NCBI GenBank assembly: GCA_003023785.1
Contig: PXRS01000077.1
Coordinates: 57,033-121,032, forward strand
From: Halobacteriales archaeon QS_5_68_33
Lineage (GTDB): Archaea > Halobacteriota > Halobacteria > Halobacteriales > Haloarculaceae
Length of the DNA: 64,000 bases
Reading direction: 5' to 3'
Under the pieces are notes generated by a model that worked only from the letters and a program-made list of their open reading frames with translations, ran no database searches and was not told the origin of the DNA. Positions 39,259 to 48,782 of the stretch are shown piece by piece; the stretch's first letter is position 1; every line of letters starts with the position of its first letter. Both the position numbers and the translations under genes were made by a program.

Positions 39259-39971
39259 CGCCGGACCCTCCCGCCGCCGAACCGGACCACCGCGGCGTTG
39301 ACGAGGAGGACGAGACAGACGAGCACCGCCCCCAGCAACAGCGCGGTCTCGTACCGGCCCTGCCGGGCTTCGAGCTGGATGGCGGTCGTCAGCGTCCGGG
39401 TGCGGGAGACGCCGTCCGAACCCACGATGTTCCCGCCGACGATGAGGACCGACCCGACCTCGCTTATCGCCCGGCCGAACCCCGCGAGGACCGCCGTCGC
39501 GATGCCGTACCGGGCCTCCGTGACGGTGACGAGCGCGACGTCGAGACGGGTGCCCCCGAGGGCGCGCGCGGCGTCGCGAACCCCGTCGTCGACCGCCGAG
39601 ACGGCCGCGAGGCTGATCGCCGTGATCGGCGGCGCCGCGAGGACGAACTGCGAGACGATCATCGCCTCCGTGGTGAACACGAGGTCGAGCGGGCCCAGCG
39701 GCCCCTGGTTCGAGACGGCGAACAGCACGACGAGGCCGACGACGACGCTCGGGAACCCCATTCCCGTGTTGACGACCGACGTGAGCAGGCGCTTGCCCGG
39801 GAAGTCGGTGAACGCGACCAGGAGCGCGAACGGGACGCTCACCGCCGTGCTCAGCGCGACGGCCACGCAACTCACGTACAGCGAGACGCGGACGATGCTC
39901 CGGAGGTAGACGGGGTCGAACGGGAACTGCAGGAGGAGCGCGCCGAGCGCGGCGACGGGGCCGGGCGACAC
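39255..39971 (-). CDS. tupB: tungstate ABC permease
   Basis: [33 protein letters not shown]. Confidence 0.88.
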   Translation of the reverse strand: MSPGPVAALGALLLQFPFDPVYLRSIVRVSLYVSCVAVALSTAVSVPFALLVAFTDFPGKRLLTSVVNTGMGFPSVVVGLVVLFAVSNQGPLGPLDLVFTTEAMIVSQFVLAAPPITAISLAAVSAVDDGVRDAARALGGTRLDVALVTVTEARYGIATAVLAGFGRAISEVGSVLIVGGNIVGSDGVSRTRTLTTAIQLEARQGRYETALLLGAVLVCLVLLVNAAVVRFGGGRVRR

Positions 39972-39973
39972 GG

Positions 39974-40912
39974 CTACCGGGTCCCGTTCGCGCTCCAGCC
40001 CGCCGGGACGTACTGCCGGAAGTTCGGGTCCTCGGAGAGGGCGCGCGGGAAGAACAGTTGCTCCCCGTCCGACTCGTAGTTCGCGATGCGCTCCTGCCCG
40101 TCGGGGCTCGTGACGTAGCCGATGTAGGCCATCGCCAGGTCGTAGTTGACGTTCCCGTGGACCGCGGGGTTCACCGCGATGATCCCGTAGGGGTTTGCGA
40201 GCAGGTCCGGACCGCCCTCGATCGGCCCCTGGACCCGAACGGTGAGATCGATCTCCGACCGCTGGGAGAGGAAGGTGCCCCGGTCAGAGAGCGCGTAGGC
40301 GCCCTGTTCGTCGGCGATGTTCAGCACCTCGCCCATCCCCTGGCCGGTCTCCTGGTACCAGCCGCCGCCGGGGTCGACCCCCGCCCCGTCCCATACCGCG
40401 AGTTCCTTGGTGTGGGTCCCGGAGTCGTCACCCCGCGAGACGAACGGCGCGCCGGCCTCGGCGATGGCCGCGAACGCCTCCGTCGCCGACGCCATCCCGT
40501 CGATGCCGGCGGGGTCGCTCGCCGGGCCGACGACCACGAAGTCGTTGAACATCAGGTCCCGGCGGTTGACCCCGTATCCCTGGCGCGTGAACTCGTCCTC
40601 CAGCGAGCGGGCGTGGACCATCACGACGTCCGCGTCGCCGTTGCGGGCCGTCTCCAGGGCCGCGCCGGTCCCCTGGGCGACCGCCTCGACGGTGACACCG
40701 TACCGCTCCTCGAAGTGCGCGTTCAGTTCCGCCAGGAGCCCCGTGTCGTACGTGCTCGTCGTCGTCGTCAGGGTGAGCGTCTCGCCGACCACGCCGGGCC
40801 GGTCCCCGCCCCCGCTGGCCCCAGTGACCGCCGAACACCCCGCCAGTCCGCCCGCCGTCGCCGCTCCCAGCGCCGCGACGAACCGCCGCCGCGTGGCCCG
40901 ATGTTTCGACAT
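39974..40912 (-). CDS. tupA: tungstate-binding lipoprotein
   Basis: TTTS signature, [26 protein letters not shown]; Tat lipobox. Confidence 0.9.
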   Translation of the reverse strand: MSKHRATRRRFVAALGAATAGGLAGCSAVTGASGGGDRPGVVGETLTLTTTTSTYDTGLLAELNAHFEERYGVTVEAVAQGTGAALETARNGDADVVMVHARSLEDEFTRQGYGVNRRDLMFNDFVVVGPASDPAGIDGMASATEAFAAIAEAGAPFVSRGDDSGTHTKELAVWDGAGVDPGGGWYQETGQGMGEVLNIADEQGAYALSDRGTFLSQRSEIDLTVRVQGPIEGGPDLLANPYGIIAVNPAVHGNVNYDLAMAYIGYVTSPDGQERIANYESDGEQLFFPRALSEDPNFRQYVPAGWSANGTR

Positions 40913-40976
40913 CGATACATCGGCTTCTCGCCGGGAAAGCATAATGGTTTTGCCGCCCGGTGCGTGGCCAGAGCCG

Positions 40977-41684
40977 ATGGACGCGAGCGTGGACGCGCAG
41001 TTGCGCGCCGACGGGGTCGCCTTCGAGGCGGCAGACGCCGCCCTGTTGCGCGCCGTCGGCGAGGCGGGGTCGGTCAGCGGCGCCGCGTCGGACCTCGACC
41101 GGTCCCGCGCCAGGGCTTTGGACCGCATCGAGACGCTGGAGGGGGCGTTCGGGCCCCTGGTCGAGCGCCGGCGGGGCGGCGCGGGCGGCGGGGGGAGCGA
41201 ACTCACCCCGACCGCTCGCGAGTTGCTCGCCGAGTTCGCCCGCCTGCAGGCGACGCTGGCCGGGACCGCCGGCCTCGAGGAGCGCGTCCTCCCCGGCACG
41301 GTCCGGGAGCGGGAGGGCGAACTCGGCGTCGTCGAGACGGACGCGGGGGCGGTGCGGGCGCGGCTCGTCGCCGGGCCGGACCGCGACCCGCCGGAACCCG
41401 GGGACGACGTGCAAGTCGGCATCCGGTCGGACGCCGTGACGCTGCACGCGCCGGCCGACTCCCCGCCGGCCGACGGAACCAGCGCACGCAACCGCTTCGA
41501 GGGGACCGTCGTCGACGTCGACCGCCGAACGGCCGTCGGGAGCATCTCGGTCGAGGTGGGCGGCCCGGAACCGCTCGTCGCCGTCCTCACCCGGGAGAGT
41601 CTCGACCGCCTCGCGCTCGAACCCGGGTCGGCCGTCGTGGTGACGTTCAAGGCGACGGCGACCCGGGCGATTCCAGTCGAATGA
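40977..41684 (+). CDS. ModE-like regulator (winged HTH plus TOBE)
   Basis: [31 protein letters not shown]. Confidence 0.85.
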   Translation: MDASVDAQLRADGVAFEAADAALLRAVGEAGSVSGAASDLDRSRARALDRIETLEGAFGPLVERRRGGAGGGGSELTPTARELLAEFARLQATLAGTAGLEERVLPGTVREREGELGVVETDAGAVRARLVAGPDRDPPEPGDDVQVGIRSDAVTLHAPADSPPADGTSARNRFEGTVVDVDRRTAVGSISVEVGGPEPLVAVLTRESLDRLALEPGSAVVVTFKATATRAIPVE

Positions 41685-41760
41685 CGCCCTCCCCGGCGTG
41701 AACCTCGTTCGTGCGACCGCTTGCCAAACGTTGATGGTCGTTCCGCCGGAACCCGGGACG

Positions 41761-42855
41761 ATGGGAATCTCGGTCCCCTACCGGGAGGACGCCGCGGTCG
41801 ACCTCGCGTGGAACGAGGTGACCGGCGCGGTGGGGGACGCGGCGACGGTGCTGCCGGTCGTGGTCGCCGTCGCGGTGCTGACCGACCTGACGCTGCCCGT
41901 GATGCTCGTCTGGTTCGGCGTCTTCCAGGTCGTCTGGGGGCTGTACTACGGCGTACCCGTCTCGGTCGAGCCGATGAAGGCGCTGGCGGCGCTGGCCATC
42001 GCCGGCGCCGTCTCGACGGGCGAACTCGTCGTCGCCGGTCTCCTGCTGGCCGTCGTGCTCCTGCTCGTGGGCGCGACGAAATCGCTCGACCGGGTCGGGA
42101 CGTACGTCGGCCAGCCCGTCGTCCGCGGGATCCAGCTCGGGGTCGCGCTCGTGTTGCTGGAGATGGGCCTGGGCCTGGGACTGGAGCGCCCGCGCCTGGC
42201 CGCGGCCGCGAGCGTCGTCGCCATCGCCGTCCTCGCCGGCGGATACTGGAAGTCGAGCGGCCTGGTCGTCTTCGCGCTGGGCGCGGCCCTCGCGGTCGTG
42301 GATGCCGGCGTCCCCTCGCCGGCGCTCCCCTCGCCCCAGGCGCTGTTCGTGCTCCCGGCCGCCGAGTTCACGCTCGGGGCGCTGGAGGCGACCGTCGCGC
42401 AACTGGCGATGACCGTGGGCAACGCCGCGCTCGCGACGGCGGTCCTGCTGGGCGATTTCTTCGACCGGGACGTCTCGGCCGACGACCTCTCGACGAGCAT
42501 GGGCGTCACGAACGCCCTCGCGGTGCCCTTCGGCGGGCTGCCGATGTGTCACGGGAGCGGCGGCGTCGCCGGCAAGTACGCCTTCGGCGCCCGGACCGCG
42601 GGCGCGAACCTCGTCCTCGGCGTCGGCTACGTCGCCGTCGCCGTCCTCGGCGCCGGCCTCGTCACCGCCTATCCCGTGGCCGTCCTCGGGGTCATCCTCG
42701 CGCTCGTCGCCCTCCAGCTGGGCAAGACCAGCCTCGAACGCGCCGGGGAGTACCCCCTCGTCGTCGGCGTGGGCCTGCTCGGCCTGCTCGTCAACCTCGG
42801 CGTCGCCTTCGCCGTCGGCGTCGCCGTCCACCTGCTCCGCGAACGGGTCGCCTGA
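41761..42855 (+). CDS. MOT1-type molybdate/sulfate transporter
   Basis: [33 protein letters not shown]. Confidence 0.88.
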   Translation: MGISVPYREDAAVDLAWNEVTGAVGDAATVLPVVVAVAVLTDLTLPVMLVWFGVFQVVWGLYYGVPVSVEPMKALAALAIAGAVSTGELVVAGLLLAVVLLLVGATKSLDRVGTYVGQPVVRGIQLGVALVLLEMGLGLGLERPRLAAAASVVAIAVLAGGYWKSSGLVVFALGAALAVVDAGVPSPALPSPQALFVLPAAEFTLGALEATVAQLAMTVGNAALATAVLLGDFFDRDVSADDLSTSMGVTNALAVPFGGLPMCHGSGGVAGKYAFGARTAGANLVLGVGYVAVAVLGAGLVTAYPVAVLGVILALVALQLGKTSLERAGEYPLVVGVGLLGLLVNLGVAFAVGVAVHLLRERVA

Positions 42856-42933
42856 TACGGTCGGTTGTACCGATTGACCGGTATTTTGCCGACCGGTTCG
42901 ACGAAATCCGGAAATGATTTACAACCGACCGTA
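42856..42933. mobile_element. MITE-like element, variant A (78 bp)
   Basis: Perfect TIRs; left TGA is the MOT1 gene stop (42853-42855), right TGA at 42934-42936. Confidence 0.88.
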
Positions 42934-43050
42934 TGATGGAACCCGCTCCGGCCGCCGAGCGGAGCAGCCGCTGGCACCTGCTCGTCCTGCCCCCGACGGA
43001 ACGGCCGCGCGTGTCGTGGGTTTTTGACGGCCGGTCCCCTCGGGTCGGGT

Positions 43051-44289
43051 ATGACGGACCACCGCAGGACCGCGGGATTCAAAGACCGGACCCGGGTCGC
43101 GGCGGCCCGCGAGCGGTTGCTGGCGGCGGCCACGCCGCTCTCCCGCACCGAGACGGTGCCCCTCGGCGACGCCGACGGGCGCGTCCTGGCCGCGGAGGCG
43201 ACCGCCGCGCGGCCGGTGCCACACTACGCCCGGGCGGCGATGGACGGGTTCGCGGTCCGGGCCGAGAGTACCTTCGGCGCCAGCGACCGCGCGCCGGTCG
43301 AACTGGCGGTCGACGAGGAGGCGGGACCCCGGCGGGCGACGCGGGTCCACACCGGGAGCGAACTCCCCGAGGGCGCCGACGCCGTCGTCATGATAGAGGA
43401 AACCGAGCAGCGCGAGGACCGGGTCGAGGTGTTCGACGCCGTCGCCGGCGGCGAGAACGTCGCGCCCGTCGGCGAGGACGTCGGCGAGGGACAGCACCTC
43501 TACGACCCGGGCCACCGGCTCCGGCCCTCCGACCTGGGCCTGTTGAAGTCGGTCGGCGAGGAGACCGTCGAGGTGTACGAGCGACCCTGCGTCAGCGTGA
43601 TCCCGACCGGCGAGGAACTCGTCCAGGCCGACCCGGCGCCGGGCGAAGTCATCGAGACCAACGGCCAGACGGTCAGCCAGTACGTCCGGCGGTGGGGCGG
43701 CGATCCCGCTTACCGCGACGTCGTCACCGACGATTTCGACGCGCTCCGCGCGGCCATCGAGCGCGACCTGAACCACGACGTCGTCGTCACGACCGGCGGG
43801 TCCTCCGTGGGCGAACGGGACCTCCTCCCGGAGGTCGTCTCGGAACTGGGCGAGGTGCTCGTCCACGGCGTGGCGCTGAAACCCGGCCACCCGTTCGCCT
43901 TCGGGGAAGTCGAGGGGACCCTCGTCTGTCTGCTCCCCGGCTACCCCGTGGCGGCCATCGTCAACGCCGTCCAGTTCCTCCGGCCGGCGATACAGCGCGT
44001 GGGCCACCTCCCGCGGGCGGACCACCCGACGACCGAGGCCGAACTCGCGCGAAAGGTGACGAGCGAACCGGGAACCCGCTCGTTCGTGCGTGTCTCGCTG
44101 GATGAGAGGGGCGGCGAGGAAACGGACGGCGACGACGACCGACCGGTAGCGACGCCGACGCGGGCCAGCGGGTCGGGCGTCCTCTCCAGCGTCGCGCTGG
44201 CCGACGGGTGGGTGGTCGTCCCGGAGGAACTGGAGGGGTACGACGCGGGAACCACGGTGGCGGTCGAGAACTGGGAGTGGTCGGCGTGA
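43051..44289 (+). CDS. moeA: molybdopterin molybdotransferase MoeA
   Basis: GRVLA, AMDGFAV, TGSELPEGADAV, TGGSSVG, KPGHP, LPGYP. Confidence 0.93.
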   Translation: MTDHRRTAGFKDRTRVAAARERLLAAATPLSRTETVPLGDADGRVLAAEATAARPVPHYARAAMDGFAVRAESTFGASDRAPVELAVDEEAGPRRATRVHTGSELPEGADAVVMIEETEQREDRVEVFDAVAGGENVAPVGEDVGEGQHLYDPGHRLRPSDLGLLKSVGEETVEVYERPCVSVIPTGEELVQADPAPGEVIETNGQTVSQYVRRWGGDPAYRDVVTDDFDALRAAIERDLNHDVVVTTGGSSVGERDLLPEVVSELGEVLVHGVALKPGHPFAFGEVEGTLVCLLPGYPVAAIVNAVQFLRPAIQRVGHLPRADHPTTEAELARKVTSEPGTRSFVRVSLDERGGEETDGDDDRPVATPTRASGSGVLSSVALADGWVVVPEELEGYDAGTTVAVENWEWSA

Positions 44290-46172
44290 GCGACCGCCGC
44301 GAGTTCCGCGAACTCGTCTCGCCCGACCGGGCGCGCGAGGTGCTCGACTCGCTCGACGTCGACCCCGATTCCGAACGCGTCGCGCTGGAGGCGGCACGGG
44401 GGCGCGTCCTCGCCGAACGGGTCGACGCTACAGTCGACGTGCCGGGGTTCGACCGGGCGAGCATGGACGGCTACGCCGTCCGGGCGCGGGACACCTTCGG
44501 CGCCGACGAGGCCGACCCCGTCGCGCTGTCGCTTGCCGGCGCGGTCCACGCCGGCGAAAAACCGACCGCGAGCGTCGGATCGGGGGCCGCCGTCGAGGTG
44601 TCGACCGGGGCCGTCATGCCGCCGGGCGCCGACGCCGTCGTCAAAGTCGAGGAGACGACCGAAACCGACGACGGCGTGGCCGTCCGGACGAGCGTCGCGC
44701 CCGGCGACGACGTGATGCTCGCGGGGGCCGACGTGGCCGCCGGCGCGCGGGCGCTCGGCCCCGGAACGCGGCTCACGGCCCGGGAGATCGGCCTGCTGTC
44801 GGCGCTCGGCGTCGACGAGGTGCCCGTCCGGGGGAAACCCCGGGTGGGCATCGTCTCGACCGGCGACGAACTCGTCCGGCCGGGCGGCGAGTTAGACAGC
44901 GACGCCGGGCAGATCTACGACGTGAACAGCTACACCATCGCGGCCGCCGTCGCGGAGGCCGGCGGCGACCCCCGCGTCTACCCCCACGTCGGCGACGACT
45001 ACGACGAGATGGAGCGCCTGCTGGTCCGGGGCGCCGAGGAGTGTGACCTGGTGCTGTCCTCGGGGTCGACGAGCGCCAGCGCCGTCGACGTCGTCTACAG
45101 CGTCATCGAGGAGCGGGGCGACCTGCGCCTGCACGGCGTCGCCGTCAAGCCAGGCAAGCCGATGATCGTCGGGGAGGTGGGCGAGTCGGCCTACGTCGGC
45201 CTGCCGGGCTACCCCGTCTCGGCGCTGACCATCTTCCGGGCGTTCGTCGCGCCGGTCGTCCGCGAGGCGGCCGGCCTCCCGGAACCCGAGACGGCCGTCG
45301 TGACGGGGCGGATGGCCGTCCGCGAGCGCTACGGCGAGGGACGCCGTCGCCTGATGCCCGCCGGCCTCGTGGCCGACGGCGACGGCGACCTCCTCGTGTA
45401 CCCCGTCGACAAGGGCAGCGGCGCGACGACGAGCCTCACGGAAGCCGACGGCATCGTCACCGTCCCCGCCGACACCGACTACCTCGCCGCCGGCGAGTCC
45501 GTCGACGTCTCGCTGTTCTCCCCCGAGGTCCGCCCGCCGCGCGTCCTCTGTGTCGGCGAGGACGACCCGCTCCTCTCGCGCGCTCTCGACCGGGTCGACC
45601 GCCCGCGGTTTCTCCCCGTGGGCACCCGCGAGGGACTGCGCCGCCTCCGCGAGGGGGTCCCCGACGTGGCCGTCGTCGCCGGCCCGGAGACGCCGGACGG
45701 CGAGACGGTCGACCTCGGCGGCTGGACCCGCGAGTGGGGGCTGGTCGTCCCCGAGGGAAACCCGGCGAGCATCGAGGGCGTCGCCGACCTCGTCGACCGG
45801 GACCTCCGGCTGGTCAACCGCGAGTCCGGGTCGGGTCTGCGCGCGAGTTTCGATGCGGCCGTCGACGCGCTGGCCGACGACCGGGACGAGCGCGGGCACG
45901 ACCTCACCGAGGCCATCGACGGCTACGGCCTCGCGGCCAGGGCCTACGAGAGTCCCGCACGGAAGGTCGCCGCGGGCGAGGCCGACGCGGGGCTGGGGCT
46001 GCGGGCGACCGCGACCGACCTCGGACTGGGGTTCGTCGCGCTCGGGACCCAGACGGTGGACGTGGTCGCCGCTCCTGACCGGGCCGACAAGGAGGGCGTT
46101 GCCGACCTGGGGCGTGCGCTCGACGAGTGCGAGTCGATAGCCGCGTCGCTCGACGGGTTCGAACCGCGGTGA
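44286..46172 (+). CDS. moeA: MoeA fused to a C-terminal periplasmic-binding-protein-like domain
   Basis: SMDGYAV, KPGKP, LPGYPVS; C-terminal REWGLVV, VNRESGSG.R. Confidence 0.92.
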   Translation: MSDRREFRELVSPDRAREVLDSLDVDPDSERVALEAARGRVLAERVDATVDVPGFDRASMDGYAVRARDTFGADEADPVALSLAGAVHAGEKPTASVGSGAAVEVSTGAVMPPGADAVVKVEETTETDDGVAVRTSVAPGDDVMLAGADVAAGARALGPGTRLTAREIGLLSALGVDEVPVRGKPRVGIVSTGDELVRPGGELDSDAGQIYDVNSYTIAAAVAEAGGDPRVYPHVGDDYDEMERLLVRGAEECDLVLSSGSTSASAVDVVYSVIEERGDLRLHGVAVKPGKPMIVGEVGESAYVGLPGYPVSALTIFRAFVAPVVREAAGLPEPETAVVTGRMAVRERYGEGRRRLMPAGLVADGDGDLLVYPVDKGSGATTSLTEADGIVTVPADTDYLAAGESVDVSLFSPEVRPPRVLCVGEDDPLLSRALDRVDRPRFLPVGTREGLRRLREGVPDVAVVAGPETPDGETVDLGGWTREWGLVVPEGNPASIEGVADLVDRDLRLVNRESGSGLRASFDAAVDALADDRDERGHDLTEAIDGYGLAARAYESPARKVAAGEADAGLGLRATATDLGLGFVALGTQTVDVVAAPDRADKEGVADLGRALDECESIAASLDGFEPR

Positions 46173-46205
46173 GCCCGCGAGTCCGGCGGCGCGCGTTCCG
46201 GTCCG

Positions 46206-46352
46206 TCAGGTCATGAGCCCGACCGCTAGACCGATCACGAAGACGATCGCGACGAGCAACAGCGACCAGTCGGCCAGACTGGGGCCACCCGGGTCCGCGT
46301 CGTTCATCGCCTTGGCGACGAGGGCCAGGCCCCCCACCGCGACAATTGCCAC
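46206..46352 (-). CDS. short hydrophobic ORF or gene fragment (48 aa)
   Basis: VAIVAVGGLALVAKAMND...LLLVAIVFVIGLAVGLMT*; starts 8 nt from a MITE. Confidence 0.4.
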   Translation of the reverse strand: MAIVAVGGLALVAKAMNDADPGGPSLADWSLLLVAIVFVIGLAVGLMT

Positions 46353-46359
46353 CGTTTCG

Positions 46360-46436
46360 TACGGTCGGTTGTGATCAGTTCCGGATAGCGTCGAACCGCC
46401 CGGCGAATCACCGGTACATCGGTACAACCGACCGTA
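46360..46436. mobile_element. MITE-like element, variant A (77 bp)
   Basis: Perfect 13-bp TIRs; flanks TCG...TGA. Confidence 0.82.
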
Positions 46437-46531
46437 TGAGACAGCCCGCGAGGGCCGCTGCGGCCGAACCGGCTGTCGTCCCGAGGAGGTCGCGACGGCT
46501 GAGGGTGCGTTCGGAGGACATCTGACGAGAA

Positions 46532-48715
46532 TCACTCGTAGGCCCGCTCGACCTCGAACGTCGCTTCGAGGCCCGCGACCGTCACGGTGAACCGTCCCGG
46601 TTCGACGGTCCGTCGCCCGTCGTCGCCCATCACGCCGACCGCCTCGACCGGGAGTTCGAACCGCGCGGTGCCGGACTCGCCGGCGTCGAGATCGATCCGC
46701 GTGACGCCGGCGAGTTCCCGGACAGGGGTGACCCGCGAGCTACGCTCGTCCCGGACGAACAGTTCGACCGGTTCGCTGCCGGCGCGGTCGCCGACGTTGG
46801 AAACCTCGACCGCGACGTCGATCACCTCGCCCGGGCCGGCGCGGGTCTCCGAGAGGGAGATCCCCTCGTACTCGAACTCGGTGTAGGAGAGGCCGTGACC
46901 GTACTCGAAGAGCGGGTCGTAGGAGGGGGCGTGCGACCCCGGCGCGCCGTGCCGCCTCGGGTGCGGAAGGTGGTTGAACCGCGTCGGCAGGTGGCCCTCG
47001 GATTTCGGGATCGATATCGGGAGCGCGCCCGAGGGGTTGTTCTCCCCGAACAGCGTCTCCGCGACCGCGTGCCCGCCCTCCGACCCGGGGCGATAGGCCA
47101 GCACGATCGCTGGAACGTGCTCGGCGACCCAGGGCGTCGCGAGCACCCGACCGGTGACGAACACCGCCACCGTCGGCGTCCCCGTCGCGTGGATCTCCGC
47201 GGTGAGCTCGCGCTGTGCCTCGGGGAGTTCGAGCGAGACCCGCGTGGGGAACGTCTCGGCGTCGCCGTCCACGGTGCTCCGGGAGAACTCGTGGACGTAG
47301 TCCGGTTCGCCGAGAACGACCACCGCCGCGTCGGCCTCGGCCGCGGCGTCCCTGGCCGCCCCGAGGTCGCGCCGTTCGGTGACCGTACACCCCGGTTCGT
47401 GAGTGACCGTCGTGGCGTCGTCGGCGACGGCCTCGATCCCCTCCAGCACCGTCTCGCCGAGCGGTTCGGGGTCGTCGCCGACGTGGCCCCACCCGCCGTG
47501 CTGGTGGGCGAGGGCGTCGGCATTGGGCCCCGCGACGACGAGCTCCTCGACGCCGGAGAGCGGGAGCAGGTCTCCCTCGTTTTGCAGGAGCGTCATCGAC
47601 TCCCGGGCGAGGTCGCGCGCCACCTCGCGGTTCGCGTCGTTCCCGAGTCGTTCCGCCCGCTCCTCGTCGACGTACGGGTCCGCAAAGAGCCCCAGTTCGA
47701 CCTTCGCGCGCAGGACTCGACGGGCGCTCTCCTCGACGCGCGCCTCCGAGAGCTTCCCCGACTCGACCAGCGACAGGACGGTCTCGGCGTACTCGATGCC
47801 GCCGGAAGGCAGCAGGTCGATGCCGGCCGTGATCGCCTGCCAGAGCGACTCCTCCAGCGAATCCGTGACGCGGTGGCCGCGGTGGAGGTCCTCCGCGCCG
47901 GTGTAGTCCGCCAGGACGAACCCCTCAAAGCCCAGGTCCCGACGGAGGAGGTCCCCGAGGTACGTCCGGGAGCCGTGGACCGGTTCGCCGTTGATCGCGT
48001 TGTAGCAGGGCATGATCCCGCCGGTTCCGGCCTCGATCGCTGCCTCGTAGGGCGGGACGTGCACCCGCCGGAGCGTGTACTCGGCGTGGTCGTTGGGGGC
48101 GGCGTCCTCGCCGCGGACCCCCTCGCTGTACATCGGGAAGTGCTTCGCGACCGCGAGCACCGAGTCCGCGGCGGAGAGGTCCTCGCCCTGATACCCTTCG
48201 ACCATCGCCGCGGCCAGCCGCGCACACAGGCGGGGGCTCTCGCCGAAGGTCTCCTCGATGCGGCCCCACCGCTGGTCGCGGGCCACGTCGCCGATCGGAC
48301 TGCTCGTGGACTGGATCCCGACCGCGCGCAGTTCCTCGGCGGTGACGCGCGCGCCCTCGGCGACGAGGTCGGGGTCACGCGTCGCCGCCATGCCCAGCTG
48401 CTGGGGGAAGACCGTGCTCCCCGCGATGGCCGCCGCGCCGTGCTCGGCCATCGCGCGCTGGAACAGCGGCACGCCCAGGCGCGTCTCCTCCAGCGCGGCC
48501 TTCTGGACCGCGTTCGCGAACCGCGCCTGTTCGCCCGGCGTGTTGTGGGGCGTGCCGCCGAAGTGGACCGACCCCACGTGATGGTCGACGACCGCCTCGC
48601 GCACCGCCGCGAGGTCCCCGCTGGGTGGTACCCCGACCATCTGCCCGACCTTCTCCGCGACCGTCATCTCCTCGAGCAGTTCCTCAACTCGCGGCTCGGT
48701 GGATTGCCCGTCCAT
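46532..48715 (-). CDS. GH3 beta-glycosidase
   Basis: EKVGQM, RWGRIEETFGE, KHF, LADY, LFEYGHGLSYT, Fn3-like C-terminus. Confidence 0.92.
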   Translation of the reverse strand: MDGQSTEPRVEELLEEMTVAEKVGQMVGVPPSGDLAAVREAVVDHHVGSVHFGGTPHNTPGEQARFANAVQKAALEETRLGVPLFQRAMAEHGAAAIAGSTVFPQQLGMAATRDPDLVAEGARVTAEELRAVGIQSTSSPIGDVARDQRWGRIEETFGESPRLCARLAAAMVEGYQGEDLSAADSVLAVAKHFPMYSEGVRGEDAAPNDHAEYTLRRVHVPPYEAAIEAGTGGIMPCYNAINGEPVHGSRTYLGDLLRRDLGFEGFVLADYTGAEDLHRGHRVTDSLEESLWQAITAGIDLLPSGGIEYAETVLSLVESGKLSEARVEESARRVLRAKVELGLFADPYVDEERAERLGNDANREVARDLARESMTLLQNEGDLLPLSGVEELVVAGPNADALAHQHGGWGHVGDDPEPLGETVLEGIEAVADDATTVTHEPGCTVTERRDLGAARDAAAEADAAVVVLGEPDYVHEFSRSTVDGDAETFPTRVSLELPEAQRELTAEIHATGTPTVAVFVTGRVLATPWVAEHVPAIVLAYRPGSEGGHAVAETLFGENNPSGALPISIPKSEGHLPTRFNHLPHPRRHGAPGSHAPSYDPLFEYGHGLSYTEFEYEGISLSETRAGPGEVIDVAVEVSNVGDRAGSEPVELFVRDERSSRVTPVRELAGVTRIDLDAGESGTARFELPVEAVGVMGDDGRRTVEPGRFTVTVAGLEATFEVERAYE

Positions 48716-48782
48716 GGCAGCTACCCTGAGAGCGAGCGAAAAGTACCTTCGGGTGACCCGGACGAACCGGCGGGGCGTTCCG

